A stretch of DNA of 64,000 nt, taken from NCBI GenBank assembly GCA_038087875.1, contig CM075988.1:23624001-23688000 (forward strand), read 5' to 3'. A program made the position numbers and the translations under genes. The notes under the pieces were generated by a model that worked only from the letters and a program-made list of their open reading frames with translations, searched no databases and was not told the DNA's origin. Below are positions 10,940 to 26,000 of this stretch, in pieces (position 1 is the stretch's first letter; every line of letters starts with the position of its first letter). Origin of the DNA: Malacoraja senta. Taxonomy: Eukaryota.

Positions 10940-13900
10940 CTGGAAAAATGGAAGAAAGAAAATATGTTAAATACACGACTATGAAGTCACATCACCCTGG
11001 ACACACTCCCATTTCATAATGTGGCACCAGGAGGAAGGTATAAGAGTCTGAAAGCTGTGACCTCCAGTTTGGAACAGCTTCTTCCCAACAACCACCAGGC
11101 TATTGAACACTACAAACACTAACTAAACTTCAAACTACCTTGGTTGCACTGGGGACTTCGGGCTTTTGTTTTACTTTGCTTTGCCCTATATTGTTTTTTT
11201 ATTAATGTATTGAACTTTATTTTGTTTGTTTATAGGTTATCTATTTGGTATTGCATTTACAACACCTGTGTTGCTTCAAGCAAAATCTTCATTGTTCCGT
11301 TTCGGTACATATGACAATTAAATACACTTGATTTTGTTGATTTTCCATTTTCTATTTACAGGAGAATATTGACTTTGAGAATCTTTTATTTCTCTTGTCC
11401 AGCTACATTATTTTGCTCAAATCTCTAAAACTGCCCTGCCCGTACGAAGTCACAAAAACTAACCGATCCTCACCTTCACTAGATTCATTCTCTACTGGGT
11501 CTGGTAATGTTGCCTCCTCACCCTCAGAAGTGGCTTTTTGAGTTGGGCTTGCTGTAGGTGGAGCCTCTGCAGGTTTCGCTTCTTTACTTTCTGTTGCGAA
11601 GAAATATTCCCATTAGTCAATGTCATTGCAGCTCGTGCAAAATAAATGCGTCAGAGAAAATCCTAAAATTCACAATGAGATTCGATTTTTTTGCTTTTCT
11701 CTTTGCAGGGTTATTTCTCTCTCAGGTTCCTTATCAGTACGGCAAAGAACAAAGCAAAAAGCTCCTTGTCATAATTCAGTAAAACAGATGTTCCATCCCA
11801 ACTCAACTCGATTTCCCACTGGACCATTATACACTCTGTTCTCAAATCTCTCCTCTGCTCAATGAGATGGAAGGTCATTAGTTTGTTTACTAAATTCATA
11901 ATTTCTCAAGTCAAGTCAAGTCACATTTATTTATATAGCACATTTAAAAAACAACTCTAGTTGGCCAAAGTGCTTTACATTTGTTATAAGAATAGCACAA
12001 ACAAAACAAACTACATACATATGTACATGTAGCCCTCACTCAGAGGACGTCAGGAAAGGCTTGGGAGTATAGATAAGTCTTTAGTCTTGACTTAAAAGAG
12101 TCGATGGAGGGGGCAGTTCTGATGGGAAAGGGGATGCTGTTCCACAGTCCAGGAGCTGCAACCGCAAAGGCCCGGTCGCCCCTGAGCTTATGCCTAGACC
12201 GTGGGAAATTCAGCAACCCCAAGTCGGCCGATCTGAGGGGCCTGGAGGTGGAGTGGTGGGTGAGAAGACTTTTTATGTAGGTGGGGGCAAGCCCATTGAG
12301 GGCTTTGTAGACATGGAGGATCTTGAAGTTTATACGGAACCGCACAGGGAGCCAGTGGAGAGAGGCCAGGATCGGGGTGATGTGGTCCCTTTTTCGGGTG
12401 CCCGTCAGGAGTCTTGCTGCGGCGTTTTGGACCAGTTGCAGGCGGGACAGGGAAGATTGGCTGATGCCAGTGTAAAGGGAGTTGCAGTAATCTAGGCGGG
12501 AGGAGATGAATGTGTGGATGATCTTTTCCAGGTCATCAAACTGGAGGAATTGTTTTATTTCAGCTATCGTCTGAAGCTGCCAAGAAGCTAGCTTTTACCA
12601 TGGCATTGACTTGTTTGTCAAATTTCAGTGCTGAGTCAAATATCACGCCAAGGTTTTTGACGTGAGGTTTGAGTAGTGGGGTAAGGCTTCCAAGGCTGCC
12701 TGCTATCATTTTGATTGAGTCCGAGGGGCCGAGAAGGATGACCTCAGACTTACTCTCGTTTAGTTGGAGGAAGTTCTGGGCCATCCAACACTTTATATCC
12801 TCGAGGCAGTGGGTAAGGTTAAACAGATTTGATTGGTTTTTGGGCTTCAGGGGGAGATAGGGTTGTGTATCGTCTGCGTAGCAATGGAAGGAAATGCCGT
12901 GCCTTTCAATGACTTGGCCTAAGGGGAGCATATACAGGGAGAAGAGAATGGGGCCAAGGATGGAACCTTGTGGAACCCCACAGCATAGATTAGCTGGGGA
13001 GGAGAATGAGTTGCCTATGTTAGTCGAGAAACTCCCACCTTTGAGGTAGGAGATGAACCAGCTCAGGGCAGTGCCATCAATACCAACCCCATACCGGAGA
13101 TGGTCAATTAGGATGGTGTGGTCGACAGTATCAAATGCTGCGCTGAGGTCAAGAAGGAGCAGAATTGCACGGTCGCAGTGCTCCCTGATTACTGGAAACA
13201 CGGGTTGAATCTTATTCATGGTCTTTCTCCACACAACCCAAGGTTTGATCCTTCAGTCCTGCCAGAGTGAATAGTGCTCTTCTCCCCCGCACACTCCTTT
13301 TCAAGGAGCTTACCTGTGTCTTCCTCTGTCTCTTTCACAGGTGGTATATTCTTGTCGCTCTCAGCGGCTGTTGCATTCTTCTCCTCCTGCGTTGCATTTT
13401 GTGCTTCTTGTGTTGTAGTATTCTTACTTTTCCGTGGCTTGGGTTTAGCAAACTTGGCTTTATTAAGCAAGTATTTGACTTCTCTATCCAAGAGAGCCAG
13501 TTTTGCTTCTATGTCCTTAGAGAGCAAGACGGGCGTTTCTGTGGGCAGTAGATTATTCTGTTCCTTTACAGTTGTGTTCTTCCATGTCTGCATAAACAAA
13601 TTGTAAATCAAGTGTAACAATCAACGAATATATGAGGATATCTCATCTCATGTAGTTTGCCTTTGAATATGTCTGGTATATATTACATACATCATGTATC
13701 ATCCATATCAACTTCTCCTGACATTTCAAGGAGTATAGTTTTGGATATAATTCATCCTCTATCACATGTGTAGGAAAGAATTGCAGATGCTGGTTTAAAT
13801 CGAAGTTAGACACAAAATGCTGGCGTAACAGCTTCGGCTCGGCTAGCCTGGTATGTCCTCACTGGTTATCTACATGAATAACTTCTTCTCCCAGCTTCCC

Positions 13901-16900
13901 AAGATCATCAGATCATCAGATCATGAATGTAGTACAGCAAGATCCACAGCATTCACCCATAGCAACTGTGAATTTAGGGACTGAGGGAGCATGAAGCTAC
14001 AAATGTGCAGTTATATCAGTAAGCATCCCTTCAATCACCATTTGGGACAAATTAGCTCTTCATTTTCACAGCTGCCAAGAAGCTAGCTTTTACCATGGCA
14101 TTGACTTGTTTGTCAAATTTCAGTGCCGAGTCAAATATCACGCCAAGGTTTTTGACGTGAGGTTTGAGTAGTGGGGTAAGTAGTCGGGAAGAAAATAAAT
14201 TCAAGATTTTGATAGAGAGTCATTAATCTACAAACCATGCAGTTCCATCCGCTTAAGTAGAACATTAAACTCCAAGGACTGAATAAACTAGGAAAACATT
14301 TTTCAACTCGAACAGAATCCACTCAGTTTGGCAACTGTGTCTTCTGTGAGAGTGAGATTTGATTATACTTACAGAGGTCTCCGTGATGACCTTTTCCAGA
14401 GTGTTTAATTCCACTTCCGTGAAAATCTGATCATCTTCTGGTAAGAGACTTGCTCCTCTGAAGTCACAAACATAAGAAATAGTTAAGAAAGAGAAAGTGG
14501 TCGAAAGGTCTGACAGAATTTCATAAAATTATGAGAGTCGGAATCTTTATCCCCAGGATGGAAACGTACAGTTTTATGTTCAATGATAATAGTAATAATG
14601 AGGTCAGATTTGGAGGATCACATGCTCATGAAACCATCCCCCAATAGCAATTAGTTAAAATATCAAAGAAATGAAAAGACTGGCCAGTGAAGAGTTCCCT
14701 GCCTCGCTTCAATACTCACTTGAGGAAGATGCTGGAGTGATTGAGCATGCTGTCTAATGCGGCCAGGCGATCTGGCCACTTCCTCCGCTCTTCTACTTTA
14801 AAAAAGAGATCCTTGCACAGTTTGCGTAGCTCAGAAAGCTTAGTTTTCAGTTCCTAGATGCAGGAAACAACAATTCATTGGTTTTGCCCAGTACAGTCCA
14901 ATATCTCCATGTACAAAATAAGTACAACATCAAACTGACTGATGCAGCATGGAAACAGGCTCTACTGCCCACTGTGTCTATTGATCACCTGGTATCCCAC
15001 TTTTGCATTCACTCCCAATACACTTGGGGCAATTTTTACAAACAGTTTTGAGAAGCGAGAGGGAACCAGAGGACACGGAGGAAGCCACATGGTCACAGGG
15101 AGCATGTACAAACTCTACACAGGCAGCACCCAAGATCAGGATTTAACCCATGTCTTTGGCGCTGTGAGGCAGCAGCTCTACCAACTGCACCACCGCTCAA
15201 TTTTTTTCTCATTGTTAAATAATGAACAGGACTTCATCCAAGATCCAAAAAGGTAATAATGCCACTCTGCATAAAACATGGTACCAAAATAAATATTAAA
15301 TCAGGCTGTAGTTTAGAACTAAGACTCACACTTGTTTCATGTTCTAGGCGCATTAATGTGTTGTGGGTCAAAGCTGCCAGTTACTAGGATGGTTAACTAA
15401 CCAGTATCAGAATTTAAAAAGCAACTAAAGAAAACATTAAACCTTTGTAGTGGCAGTATATCCATCTTCATCCAGCCAGTTGGAAGCCGCACTAAGTTTA
15501 CCAGAAATCTTGTCACGTTCATCTTGAGTGGAGACCAGCTGATATTCTTCTTGGTACAGCTTGTCCTGCAAAATAGCAATAAAGGTCAGCTATTGCAGGA
15601 TTAAATTAGATCCAAACCACATAAAAAGTCATTTAATTCTTCCCAGCGACAGAAGTTACCTGGTCTTTGCTGATGTAGTTGAATATTGGAACAGAGCTGG
15701 ACTGGCATAGAGGCCTGAAGCTGTGTAACAATAAACAACCTGTTGCTAACGCCACTGGAACTTAAACTATCAAACCTTAGAACAGAGACTTCTATCAGCT
15801 GGCAAATTAAAATCTTAATGGAACAACAGCAGTTTTAAGACTCTGAAGAATTCTCGTCAAGATTTATTATTTAATGGCTTACCAATTACAGAAAGGGCAC
15901 TACCATTCAATATAAAAAGTTAAACAAAAAAACAGTACTGTTAACATACTGTTTACTTCTTCAAATCCATTCTATAAATTTGATGGATAAATACTCTTGA
16001 ACAGGAAACTGGTTCAGAATTTAATTACTGATATCGCACATTTATCACTATGTAATTTCAGTTATTATTCCAACTGTTTGAAATGTGTTACTAATTTCCC
16101 TTTGCAAGTAAACATCTAAATGACATATCCCCTTTCCTTACAAGAACATGTTTAGTTTTAGTTTTAGGCATGGAAGCAGGCCCTTTGGCCCACCGAGTGA
16201 ACGTCAACCATCGATCGCCAGTTCACACTAGTTCTATGTTTTCCCATTTTCGCATCCACTTCCTACACATTAGTGGGAATTATCAGATGCCAATCAACCT
16301 GCAACCCCACACTACCCACTGCACCACAGTGCTGCACAATTGTGTTATCGTAATCACAAAACTGATACTAATTAGTGATTTTTTTTAAAAGTTGCTTTGC
16401 CACACTTTACCAGATTTGCAGTCTAAGATTAAATGTTTAAACCAAACACTCGCTCAATATCACCGACAATAATGTGGTCAAGGAAAGAGCGTTCATGTCG
16501 CGGCCCTGTTTCCACCAATCTTTCCACCACCGAAGCACAAGACAGACACCATTGTATGCAGATGCCGAGAAGTGTGTTCAGCTCTGGCTGAACAACTTCC
16601 AATCTTGCGTGTGGACTCGAAAAGAAGAAGACTGACAATAATGCTCTGTGGCTAAGTTGTAAACATAAACTAAGGTCCCTAAGAGAAACAAAAAAGTGTC
16701 ATACATTAGGGACATAAAGATCTGAAACTTAAGCAAGAGTCAAGAGTGTTTTATTGTCATATGTCCAGGATGGGACAATGAAATTCTTACTTGCTGCAGC
16801 ACAACAGAATATGTGAATATGTAAACATTGTATATAACGGGGGAAGAGAAAAAAAAAGTTCAACAAATAACAAATATAGTGCAATAATAATAATAATAAT

Positions 16901-19900
16901 AATAATGTCTTTTGCAGTTCAGAGCTCAGAGCTTATTCGTTGTTGTGTTTAATAGCCTGATGGCTGTAGGGAAGAAGCTGTTCCCATGTAATTTTAAAGC
17001 AAGACCCAAACCAAATGTAATACTCTAGAAGTAGTAGTTGGAAAATTACAACTTGTTAATATTGAAGCTGAATCGATTCCTGGGAAGCATTTTTAGAATG
17101 ATGGGCTTTAAACAAAATCAAGGCTCCTTCCAGTCCTGGCTTGATGATAAACAAATAGATGCACAAACTCCAACCATGGAAATCACACATTGATTTAATC
17201 TGTTCTATAAATCTTGTATTGGCAGTTGTGTTACCACCTTCTTAAGCTTCAGACAGTCCTAATCATGAGGTAGGTCACCATGTCCTGTATAACTGACCAG
17301 AGAACATTCCCTTCATTCCCTGATGGGTAGACTGAACACTTTTTTTTTGTTTAAGAAAGAACTGCAGATGCTGGTAAATCGAAGGTAGACACAAAATGCT
17401 GGAGTAACTCAGCGGGTGAGGCAGCATCTATGGAGAGAAGGAATAGGCGACGAACGTCGCCTATTCCTTCTCTCCATAGATGCTGCCTCACCCGCTGAGT
17501 TACTCCAGCATTTGGTGTCTACTTTATTTTGAATTATTTGGCCGGGGATCACGAGTGCCCTGATACTGACCTGTGTTTCAAAGATGAAAGCTTCTAGTGA
17601 GTTAGCTGCTTTTTCATGCTCATGTTTCTGATGGTCCCGATCTGTGAGATCCTGAAGCCTATAATAAAATAGAGGAATTGTGAGGGACTGCAAAAAGTAT
17701 AAGCAATCAGCGTTAAAGTGGGTGAAACTGTGTTCGCTACCTTTATGGTGTGGTATATCTATAACTGACTGGGCTGGCTTTAGTCGATTGTCATACTGCA
17801 ATAAGCTCCAAGGCAACACCTTTCTTTAGAATCTCACTGCAGTCTGAATAATTCATGTTCACCAAGTTAAAACAGATGGGAATATTACTGTATTGAGTTG
17901 AAAAGACTAGGCTTGTATTCACTGGAGTTTAGAAGGATGAGGGAGGATCTTATAGAAACATATAAAATTATAAAAGGACTGGACAAGCTAGATGCAAGAA
18001 AAATGTTCCCAATGTTGGGCGAGTCCAGAACCAGTCTTAGAATAAAGGGGAGGTCATTTAAGACTGAGGCGAGAAAAAACTTTTTCACCCAGAGATTGTG
18101 AATTTATGGAATTCCCTGCCATAGAGGGCAGTGGAGGCCAAGTCACTGGATGGATTTAAGAGAGTTAGATAGAGCTCTAGGGGCTAGTAGAGTCAAGGGA
18201 TATGGGGAGAAGGCAGGCACGGGTTATTGATAGGGGACGATCAGCCATGATCACAATGCATGGTGGTGCTGGCTCGAAGGGGCGAATGGCCTCCTCCTGC
18301 ACCTATTTTCTATGTTTCTATGTTTGCATATTTGTGAATTATTTTTGTTGTCTCATTGAGACAAAATGACTTCAAAGCTCTTCAAACACCAATTCGTCCT
18401 TACTTCTTCTGTGATTGACTCATCTCGTCTTGTGAAAGATCAGGCAAGTCCTTTACTTCCAAATAAACAGTCACATCCTCGCTAATCTTCAGCCTTTTAG
18501 GTGCCTTCGGCCTCTGCAACTCCTCAGTTTTATTCAGTTCTGGATCTTTCGCTTCCTCTTTCCCAGCATCATCTGGTTGGTCATTCTGCACAAAACACAA
18601 TAGAATGTGTAATGAGTCATTACCTAATCAGTAGCACACACTTCACAGCAAAAATCATAATCACTCAATGAATACAGCGAGCAGATATCAAAGCCACAAT
18701 CAAAAGAAAAACCCTCTCTGCAGTCACCAAATAAACAGCTCAGCTTTGGGAACACACATGCATCAAAGATAACTGCATTCCCACATTGGGTGGAGACAAC
18801 TAAAACGCACCCCGCTCCCGTTTAGCCCATTCTACTGCGGAATTTGAATCTAAGTGTAGAACACAAAATTGGAGGGAGGCGAGGCTTGTGCACGAGAATA
18901 ATCCGTTGAGACTCAGCTTTGACTCACATACATTGAACTGTCACTGGGAGAAACACACCATGGCTACGAAGCAACACGATAACATGCCAATATCTAGCAA
19001 CGGAAAACTGAAGCAATATCTGGCTCAGCGCAGAACACATCCTTACTGGAGTTTCAGACTTTTCAGATTTGTTCTCTCCTTTTTTAATCTCTTCAGTTTG
19101 TTTCTCCTCAGTTTGCTCATCGTCTTGTTCCTCTGGGTGGTTGCTGTCCTGTCCAGAGAATGTTGCTTTACCTATCAGTGTCTCCAACTCTTCCTGTGTT
19201 TCTTTCTCACTTTTACTTGTGATTTCCTCTTCGTCCTGTGAACAAACAGAAACATTTCAGCAGGAGCAGCAGCATTATATTTTTCTGCCCTCCACCAATT
19301 ATCTTCAAGTGACTGTCAAGTACCCAGTAACTGAATGGCCAAATAGAGGTCTGCAGAGAAGCTGCCTCTCAGTTCCACTGACCAGAGCTCATTCCTGACC
19401 TCTGGCACTCTAGAGCTTTAGTGTTTACATGTTCTCCAGTGACCGCAAGGATTTCTCCCAAATGCTCCAGTATCCTTTCCCATTCCAAAAGATGCAAGGC
19501 TCTTTGATTGCTCTGTAAAGTGGAATGAACTCAATGGGCTGAATTGACCTCCATGTTTTAAGGGAAATAAGAAATAGAGCCTCCATGAAAAATGTAATAC
19601 CTTAACTGAATGAAAGGAATTACTGGCCCATGACTGATGGAGAAGTGGGTGGCAATGAATTCCCTCTCATTGTCAGAAACACATGGAGACCCAGTGGAAG
19701 GAATAAACCATCTCAAGACTGTCAACCCAATAACGCCCTGCCCAAGGCAAGAGTTCCCACGTTGGTTCAGTACCTGGGTCTACCTAAGAAGTACTTGTTA
19801 TTGAAATGGAAGGTATACTTTGGACTCTGAAGAAAGTCACTATGATTAATGTGCGATTTTTATGTAATAATTTAACTTGTCATATTTCCTCTGTCTGTTG

Positions 19901-22900
19901 TCATCAAGGCAAAGTGGTGCACATTTTACAGATGTTCTGTTCTAATGCTTTCATGTTCTGTCTTAAACTGGCTACCACTAAATTCGTTACCCACATTTTT
20001 CATCAGAGGTCACCAGTGGTCACATCCTTTCCCAGTTTCAACCCTATCTCAGACCAAGAATCAAACCAAGAATCTTCTCACCTTCATGAATGTTTTCACC
20101 CATCAGCTGCAAGAAGATGGAAACTTATGTAGGTGCACACTTACCTGTACAGATTCCGTCAGATTCTCCTTCCCATCTGCTTCAGAGCTCCCACCTCCAA
20201 ACAAGCTAGAAATTGTGTTTCCAAGTTCTGCAGTTGAGATCAGATAATAAGAAGCTGCAAACAGCCACCAGAAACAAGATAATCTTCCAACAATAAACAA
20301 CCTTTTTAATTGCGGCTGTGCTTTTTGAATCCCTACAATCCTCAGGACTTTGCAGGGTCACAGTTCAATAGGTTACAGTAGGAGTCTTAAACAAATGGCA
20401 ATGGACTAGAAATATTGGTCTATTCAGCCAATATTGGGATACAGAATAACCAAACCCATAATGGGGCTGGTTCATTACTCACAATCAAAAGTGGAATCGC
20501 TATGTAACAATCCTTCTTTTAAAAAAAGATACAACTGTGTGATTTGCTGGACCACTTTAGATATATCAAAATTGGATGGGGGAAAGTGGATTTGCCGTAC
20601 AAGAACAGTTATGGGTATTTATGAAAAGAAGGGGGTGGTGAAAACATGGTCACTCCTCCCGTTTCCTTCTCTTCTGTATCTAGATTTAAGCTATACAACA
20701 GTTTTATGATGCAAATTCTATGGTCATAATAGCCCTTGCGAGTGCCTGGGGATACAGCAGTCACAATGGGGAGCTGGAGTATGACGCTCTGTTCACTACT
20801 CTCAACTAAGAAAAAATACATTTTCAAACAAAAAGTCAGCTTCTTAAATACGAAATGTCAGCCTCCAATCAGCAGTTTACCATCTGAAGTAGACTGGAAT
20901 CTGCAAGAACATACAGCGTTCACTGGTCAGGGATGTCATTGATGCTCACTGAATACTCACTGGTCAAGGTCGACTCTTCCTCTGGTTCCCCATCCTGCAT
21001 CGTCTCAAACACAGCTTCTACCTACACCAGAAAAGGAAAGTCATTCAAATAAACTCAATTTAGCAAGCCAATGGTTTCATTTCTTTTCTTACAAATGGGG
21101 TAAAAGGAATGTTATTCAGTTTATTCGCCGCATGTTAACAATTAGAAATAAAACTAAACTGACATTGCTGTTGGCCCTGTGTAATTAATAGTCATGTACA
21201 ACGTACTCATTTGAGCTTTAACTTTTAGTACATTTGGCGTTCACTTCTTTGGTTTTTCAATGGTCCTAGATACTTCATTAAATATATACAAGTTCATTCA
21301 TATCATGGAAACCTTTCCAAGATAACTGCTATAAAGTGACTACAATTGTAAATTGGCTCTGTGACCCTGTGCATACTTACCCTATCTAGTGCCAGTATTC
21401 CACTTTCGTCCATGTTAAAATGGGCTTTAATGCCTTTAGACTCAGCATTGGAATGCTTCTGGAAGCTCGCACCAACTCCACTCAATCGAGCGGTAGTCAA
21501 GTTCAATGATCCAAATATACTGCATGTAAAAGACAGCAGGAGGTCAGTTTGTGCATTACCAGGTATCCACAAGTATAAAAGCAATGTCTCAGTGTGATAA
21601 GATGAGCAACACAGAAGAGCAGTATACCAAGTGGCAAGAGTCATTCTTCAGACTAGGACTAAAATTCCAATTATTCATTGTAGATAGAAATGAATGATTC
21701 GCTAAAAAATGGAGCAGAGAATTGTCATATTGACCTACGCAATATTTTTCCCCAACAGATAAGGAGAAAGACATTCATGTCCTTAAATTTGCATGCCATG
21801 TGTGCAAATGTCTGTCATAATTTGCCCAAACATCCACGTGTGAAATACAACAACTCACTGATTGGTAACGCATTATTGAGCCAATTGTGGACCCATAAGT
21901 TTATGGTTGAGTAGTGCTTTGATATTGAAAAGCTGTAAATGACACCTAACTGAATAGTGCCAAGTTATGGAGTCACAGAGTGATACAGTGTGGAAGCAGG
22001 CCCCTCAGCCCAACTTGCCCACACCGACCAATATGTCCCAGCTACACTAGTCCCACTTGCCTGCGCTTGGTCCATATCCCTCCATACCCGTCCTATCCAT
22101 GTATTCTTTGCTTTTCTTTGTATTCACATGGATCCACAGGCCCTGTGGACGGTAAAATCGGGAGCTCGCAGATCCCTGGTGGGAGACCGATTTCCGAGAG
22201 CTCCCGCAACGGCAACTTCGCCCGCCCCGAATCGCGGGGTTTGAATCGGCCCGTCGCAGGGCCTTACATCGCCCTGTGCGGCTGAATCAGCCACGGGACT
22301 TACCAACGCCCGCCGGGGCTTTAACATCAGGAGCCTCGATTGCCTCGACGCGGGAGAAGAACAAAGAACAGGGAAGAGATAAGACTTTTGCCTTCCATCA
22401 CAGTGAGGAGGTGTTTGGAGATTCACTGTGATGGATGTTTGTGTGAAACTGTGCTCATTGTGTGTGTTGTTTATTTTACTGTTATGACTGCAGGGAACGA
22501 AATTTCGTTCAAACCTCCGTTTGTTTGAATGACAATAAAGGCAATTTGTATTGTATTTGTATATACATGCAGGAACCAATATTAACTTTGCTGGCTTCAA
22601 AATAGCATTGTGGCTGATTGTAAGGAAGGAAGATGAAGGCTACTGAATCAATACCACAGAAGTCAAAGATTCAATGAAGTTCAATCTAGATAAAAGTGCT
22701 AGGTAATGCATTTGTGGAGGGCAAACAAGGCAAAATACCATGATAAATGGATACTAAATACAAAGGAACAGAATCTTGTTCTGTTTAATGACCTCCAAGA
22801 TAGAACAGATATTCAGATAACTTTTCTGTTTGTATCAGAACTGGTAAGCTCTGTTGCAATTATCCATCTGCAACATGAACTCAATTCTTCTCTCTCCTGA

Positions 22901-22982
22901 CACTGCATGATCTGCTGGACATTTACAACATTCTCCCTTTGGTTTAAGTTCTTTTCAACTACTGACTTGCATTTCACAGCTT

Positions 22983-23021
<39 letters not shown>

Positions 23022-26000
23022 CCAGAGTGTTTCATTAACAGTGCATCACCAAGAAAACATTGGTTTCATCTTTGACCTGGAACAATACCATTCTGTTTCC
23101 ATCGAACTACCATGCTATCTAACCTTCTGAGTGTGTCTGGCATTTTCTGATTTGTGAACTTGTGGTTACGGGATACCATTGACAAGCCAAGATGTTGAAT
23201 TGAAGCTGTGAAATGTATAAACCACCATGTTAGGCACATTTAAAATACCAAGTACACATCTGATCACTATAACAGGAAGGATGTGATATCAAAACCTGCT
23301 TGAACACCTGGACTGTTGATGTCTGTAGAGAGAACAGAGTTAGCTTAAGTGATGTTTTTAAACTTTATGTGGGAAAATTTGACATGTTGATGTTGTTTCA
23401 CTGCCACATTCTTTGATCATACTGTAGATACCTTAGTAAAAACTTCCACATTAAAGAGTCACCAACCTTCCTTCCCATTATTACCTGAGGTCATGTTCAC
23501 AGAGGAAGCCCATGTCCCCATAATTAACAAAGAACTCAAAGTCATCAGTGTAACGATTGAAGGTGATAACTTTGCGCTGGGGATATGGGGACATTCGCTG
23601 AAATAGCACACGCTTGTTATGTTTAATGTTTTTTACACCATCCTCTTCAATCGATCGTATAAATTCAACCTGCCAGGCAAAACACCAAAGTTAAAGAAGC
23701 CAAGAGAAAAATCACAGACTAATCACATATTCTGGGTGAAAAGTCTCTTGACAGGTGCTATGACAAGGCAAAAAAATCATGAATGTTTTTTTTAATTTAA
23801 AGTATTAAGGAAACAGATGTGTCCAATGTACTCTTAATGTTTTCTTCCAGTCCATTAACTAGAAACTTTCACTTTATTTCCTATTTAGAGCAGCTATACT
23901 TGGCGAGTTAATGCAGGTACAAATGTGCTAAAGTGGCCTCCTCCCACCATTTGGTTTCCAGCTGCAAGTTATGTTAACAGCACTGATCGGGCAATACGCA
24001 ATTCTAGTTTCAGATTTTTATGACTTAATTCCACCACTGAAATTGGAACCTTCTACATACAAGTGCTTAAGACACTCCTGTGGATGTATGTGGCTGCAGT
24101 AGACGATGTACCTGAATAGGATAGAGGGCTGCATCACGGATGAGGAAGGGTTTGACCTTGAAGGCTTTGCTCAGGGCAGCAGCTTGATACACTGCTCCCA
24201 TTGATGCTGCCTCATCAGCATTTATATTCTTTCCCAACTCCTTTCTGTAAAAAGACACAAAAACACAGATATTGACAAAGACAGCAAAAAAAACTAAAAA
24301 GGAAATCACATCAACCTTGCTATTTTCTTTCAATAATAGGTGGCAATGTTATGGTCTATTCAGAGGACAGGTTCATTTCTGCACAGTAACCACACTGAAG
24401 TCACCAACTGAAGGCCAGTTTTCTAGAGAAAATTCTGTAGAAAGGGAACACATCTACTTTTGAATCCCCAATTAAGCACCATGCAAATGCAAATCTCTTC
24501 AAGTTTCAAGTACTTCCCAAAATATAATCAAGATGGAGAAATAGTTCACATGTAGGATGAAACAAGTGCCTTCAGCATGCCACCAGCCAGCAGTGAGCTC
24601 CGCTGTTAAATGGTTAAGGGATGATCTAACATAAAGTATTCAGAGATAATGATATTAAAAGTCGGAAAATAATTTGCCACAAACAAAAAATGATAACCAT
24701 ACCATTTAAGAACAAAATCAGGAAGCAGTAAAATCAAGTTGCAATTTACAAAGGATAGCAGAATCTAGAACTTGTGTTTCAAATACAGGGTCAAGGATGG
24801 CAATCAATTGAAGTAATAATAATAATAATAGATTTTATTTATATAGCGCTAGCATGGATACATCAGTTACAAATTTCTAGCAGTACAGCCAGGTGGCTTG
24901 TGGCGGCAGCAATTGACCTGCAATGGTTATCCATCATCAGGCACTTGAATTAGTTTCTTTAATTTATTCAAACCCTTCATAATTTTAAATATTTTCCTTT
25001 CCAATCCTCTCTCTCAATCTCAGTTTCTCTAGTCTAATCAATCACATTACTAAACCATTCATCTTTGCACTAGTCTCTTGCACTTCAAAGGCACCTCCTC
25101 CCTAATTGTGGTATCCAACCTGAAACAAATATTGTCCAGGAAGCTTTACCTTTCAAATTTAGTGTCAGCTGCAAACTTCAGTATTGCACCACTTTTCCAA
25201 ACCCAAGTAAATAATGCCGATGAGGAACCTTGTCCAAATAATGAGCTTTTGGGTAAATTATGAAAATGAACCAATCCAAAAACCGCAATTCTTTTCCATG
25301 GCATTAATTTTTTTTTTACCTACACTGCTAGTACACTTTATATGCAATGGACTTACATTTTATTAACAAATCTATGATGTGTTTTTTCATGTTTTAAAGT
25401 CCAAATGCACCAAATGTAGGTATATGGAGGGTAGTAAATGGAGGATAGTAAAAGTTTCTTTAGGTATGTGAAAAGGAAAAGATTAGTTAAGACAAATGTG
25501 GGTCCCTTGAAGACAGAAACAGGTGGATTTATTTTGGGGAACAAGGAAATGGCAGATGCGTTTAACAGGTACGTTGGTTCTGTATTCACTAAGGAAGACA
25601 CTAACAATCTACTGATGTACTAGTGGACAGAGGATCTAGGGTGACGGAGGAACCAAAGGAAATTCACATTAGTCAGGAAATGGTGTTGGGTAGACTGATG
25701 GGACTGAAGGCTGATAAATCCCCAGGGCCTGATGGTCTGCATCCCAGGATACTCAAGGAGGTGGCTCTAGAAATCGTGGATGCATTGGTGATCATTTTCC
25801 AATGTTCAATAGATTCTGGATCAGTTCCTGTGGATTGGAGGGTAGCTAATGTTATTCCACTTTTAAAGAAAGGAGGGAGAGAGAAAGCAGGGAATTATAG
25901 ACCAGTTAGCCTGACATTGGTGGTGGGGAAGATGCTGGAGTCAATTATTAAAGGTGTAATAGCGGCACATTTGAATAGCAGTAACAGGATCGGTCCAAGT

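Noticed and set aside
12560..13234. 224-aa reverse-transcriptase ORF as a functional gene or retron-like system
   Set aside because: Truncated, internally disrupted L2 LINE fragment in an intron
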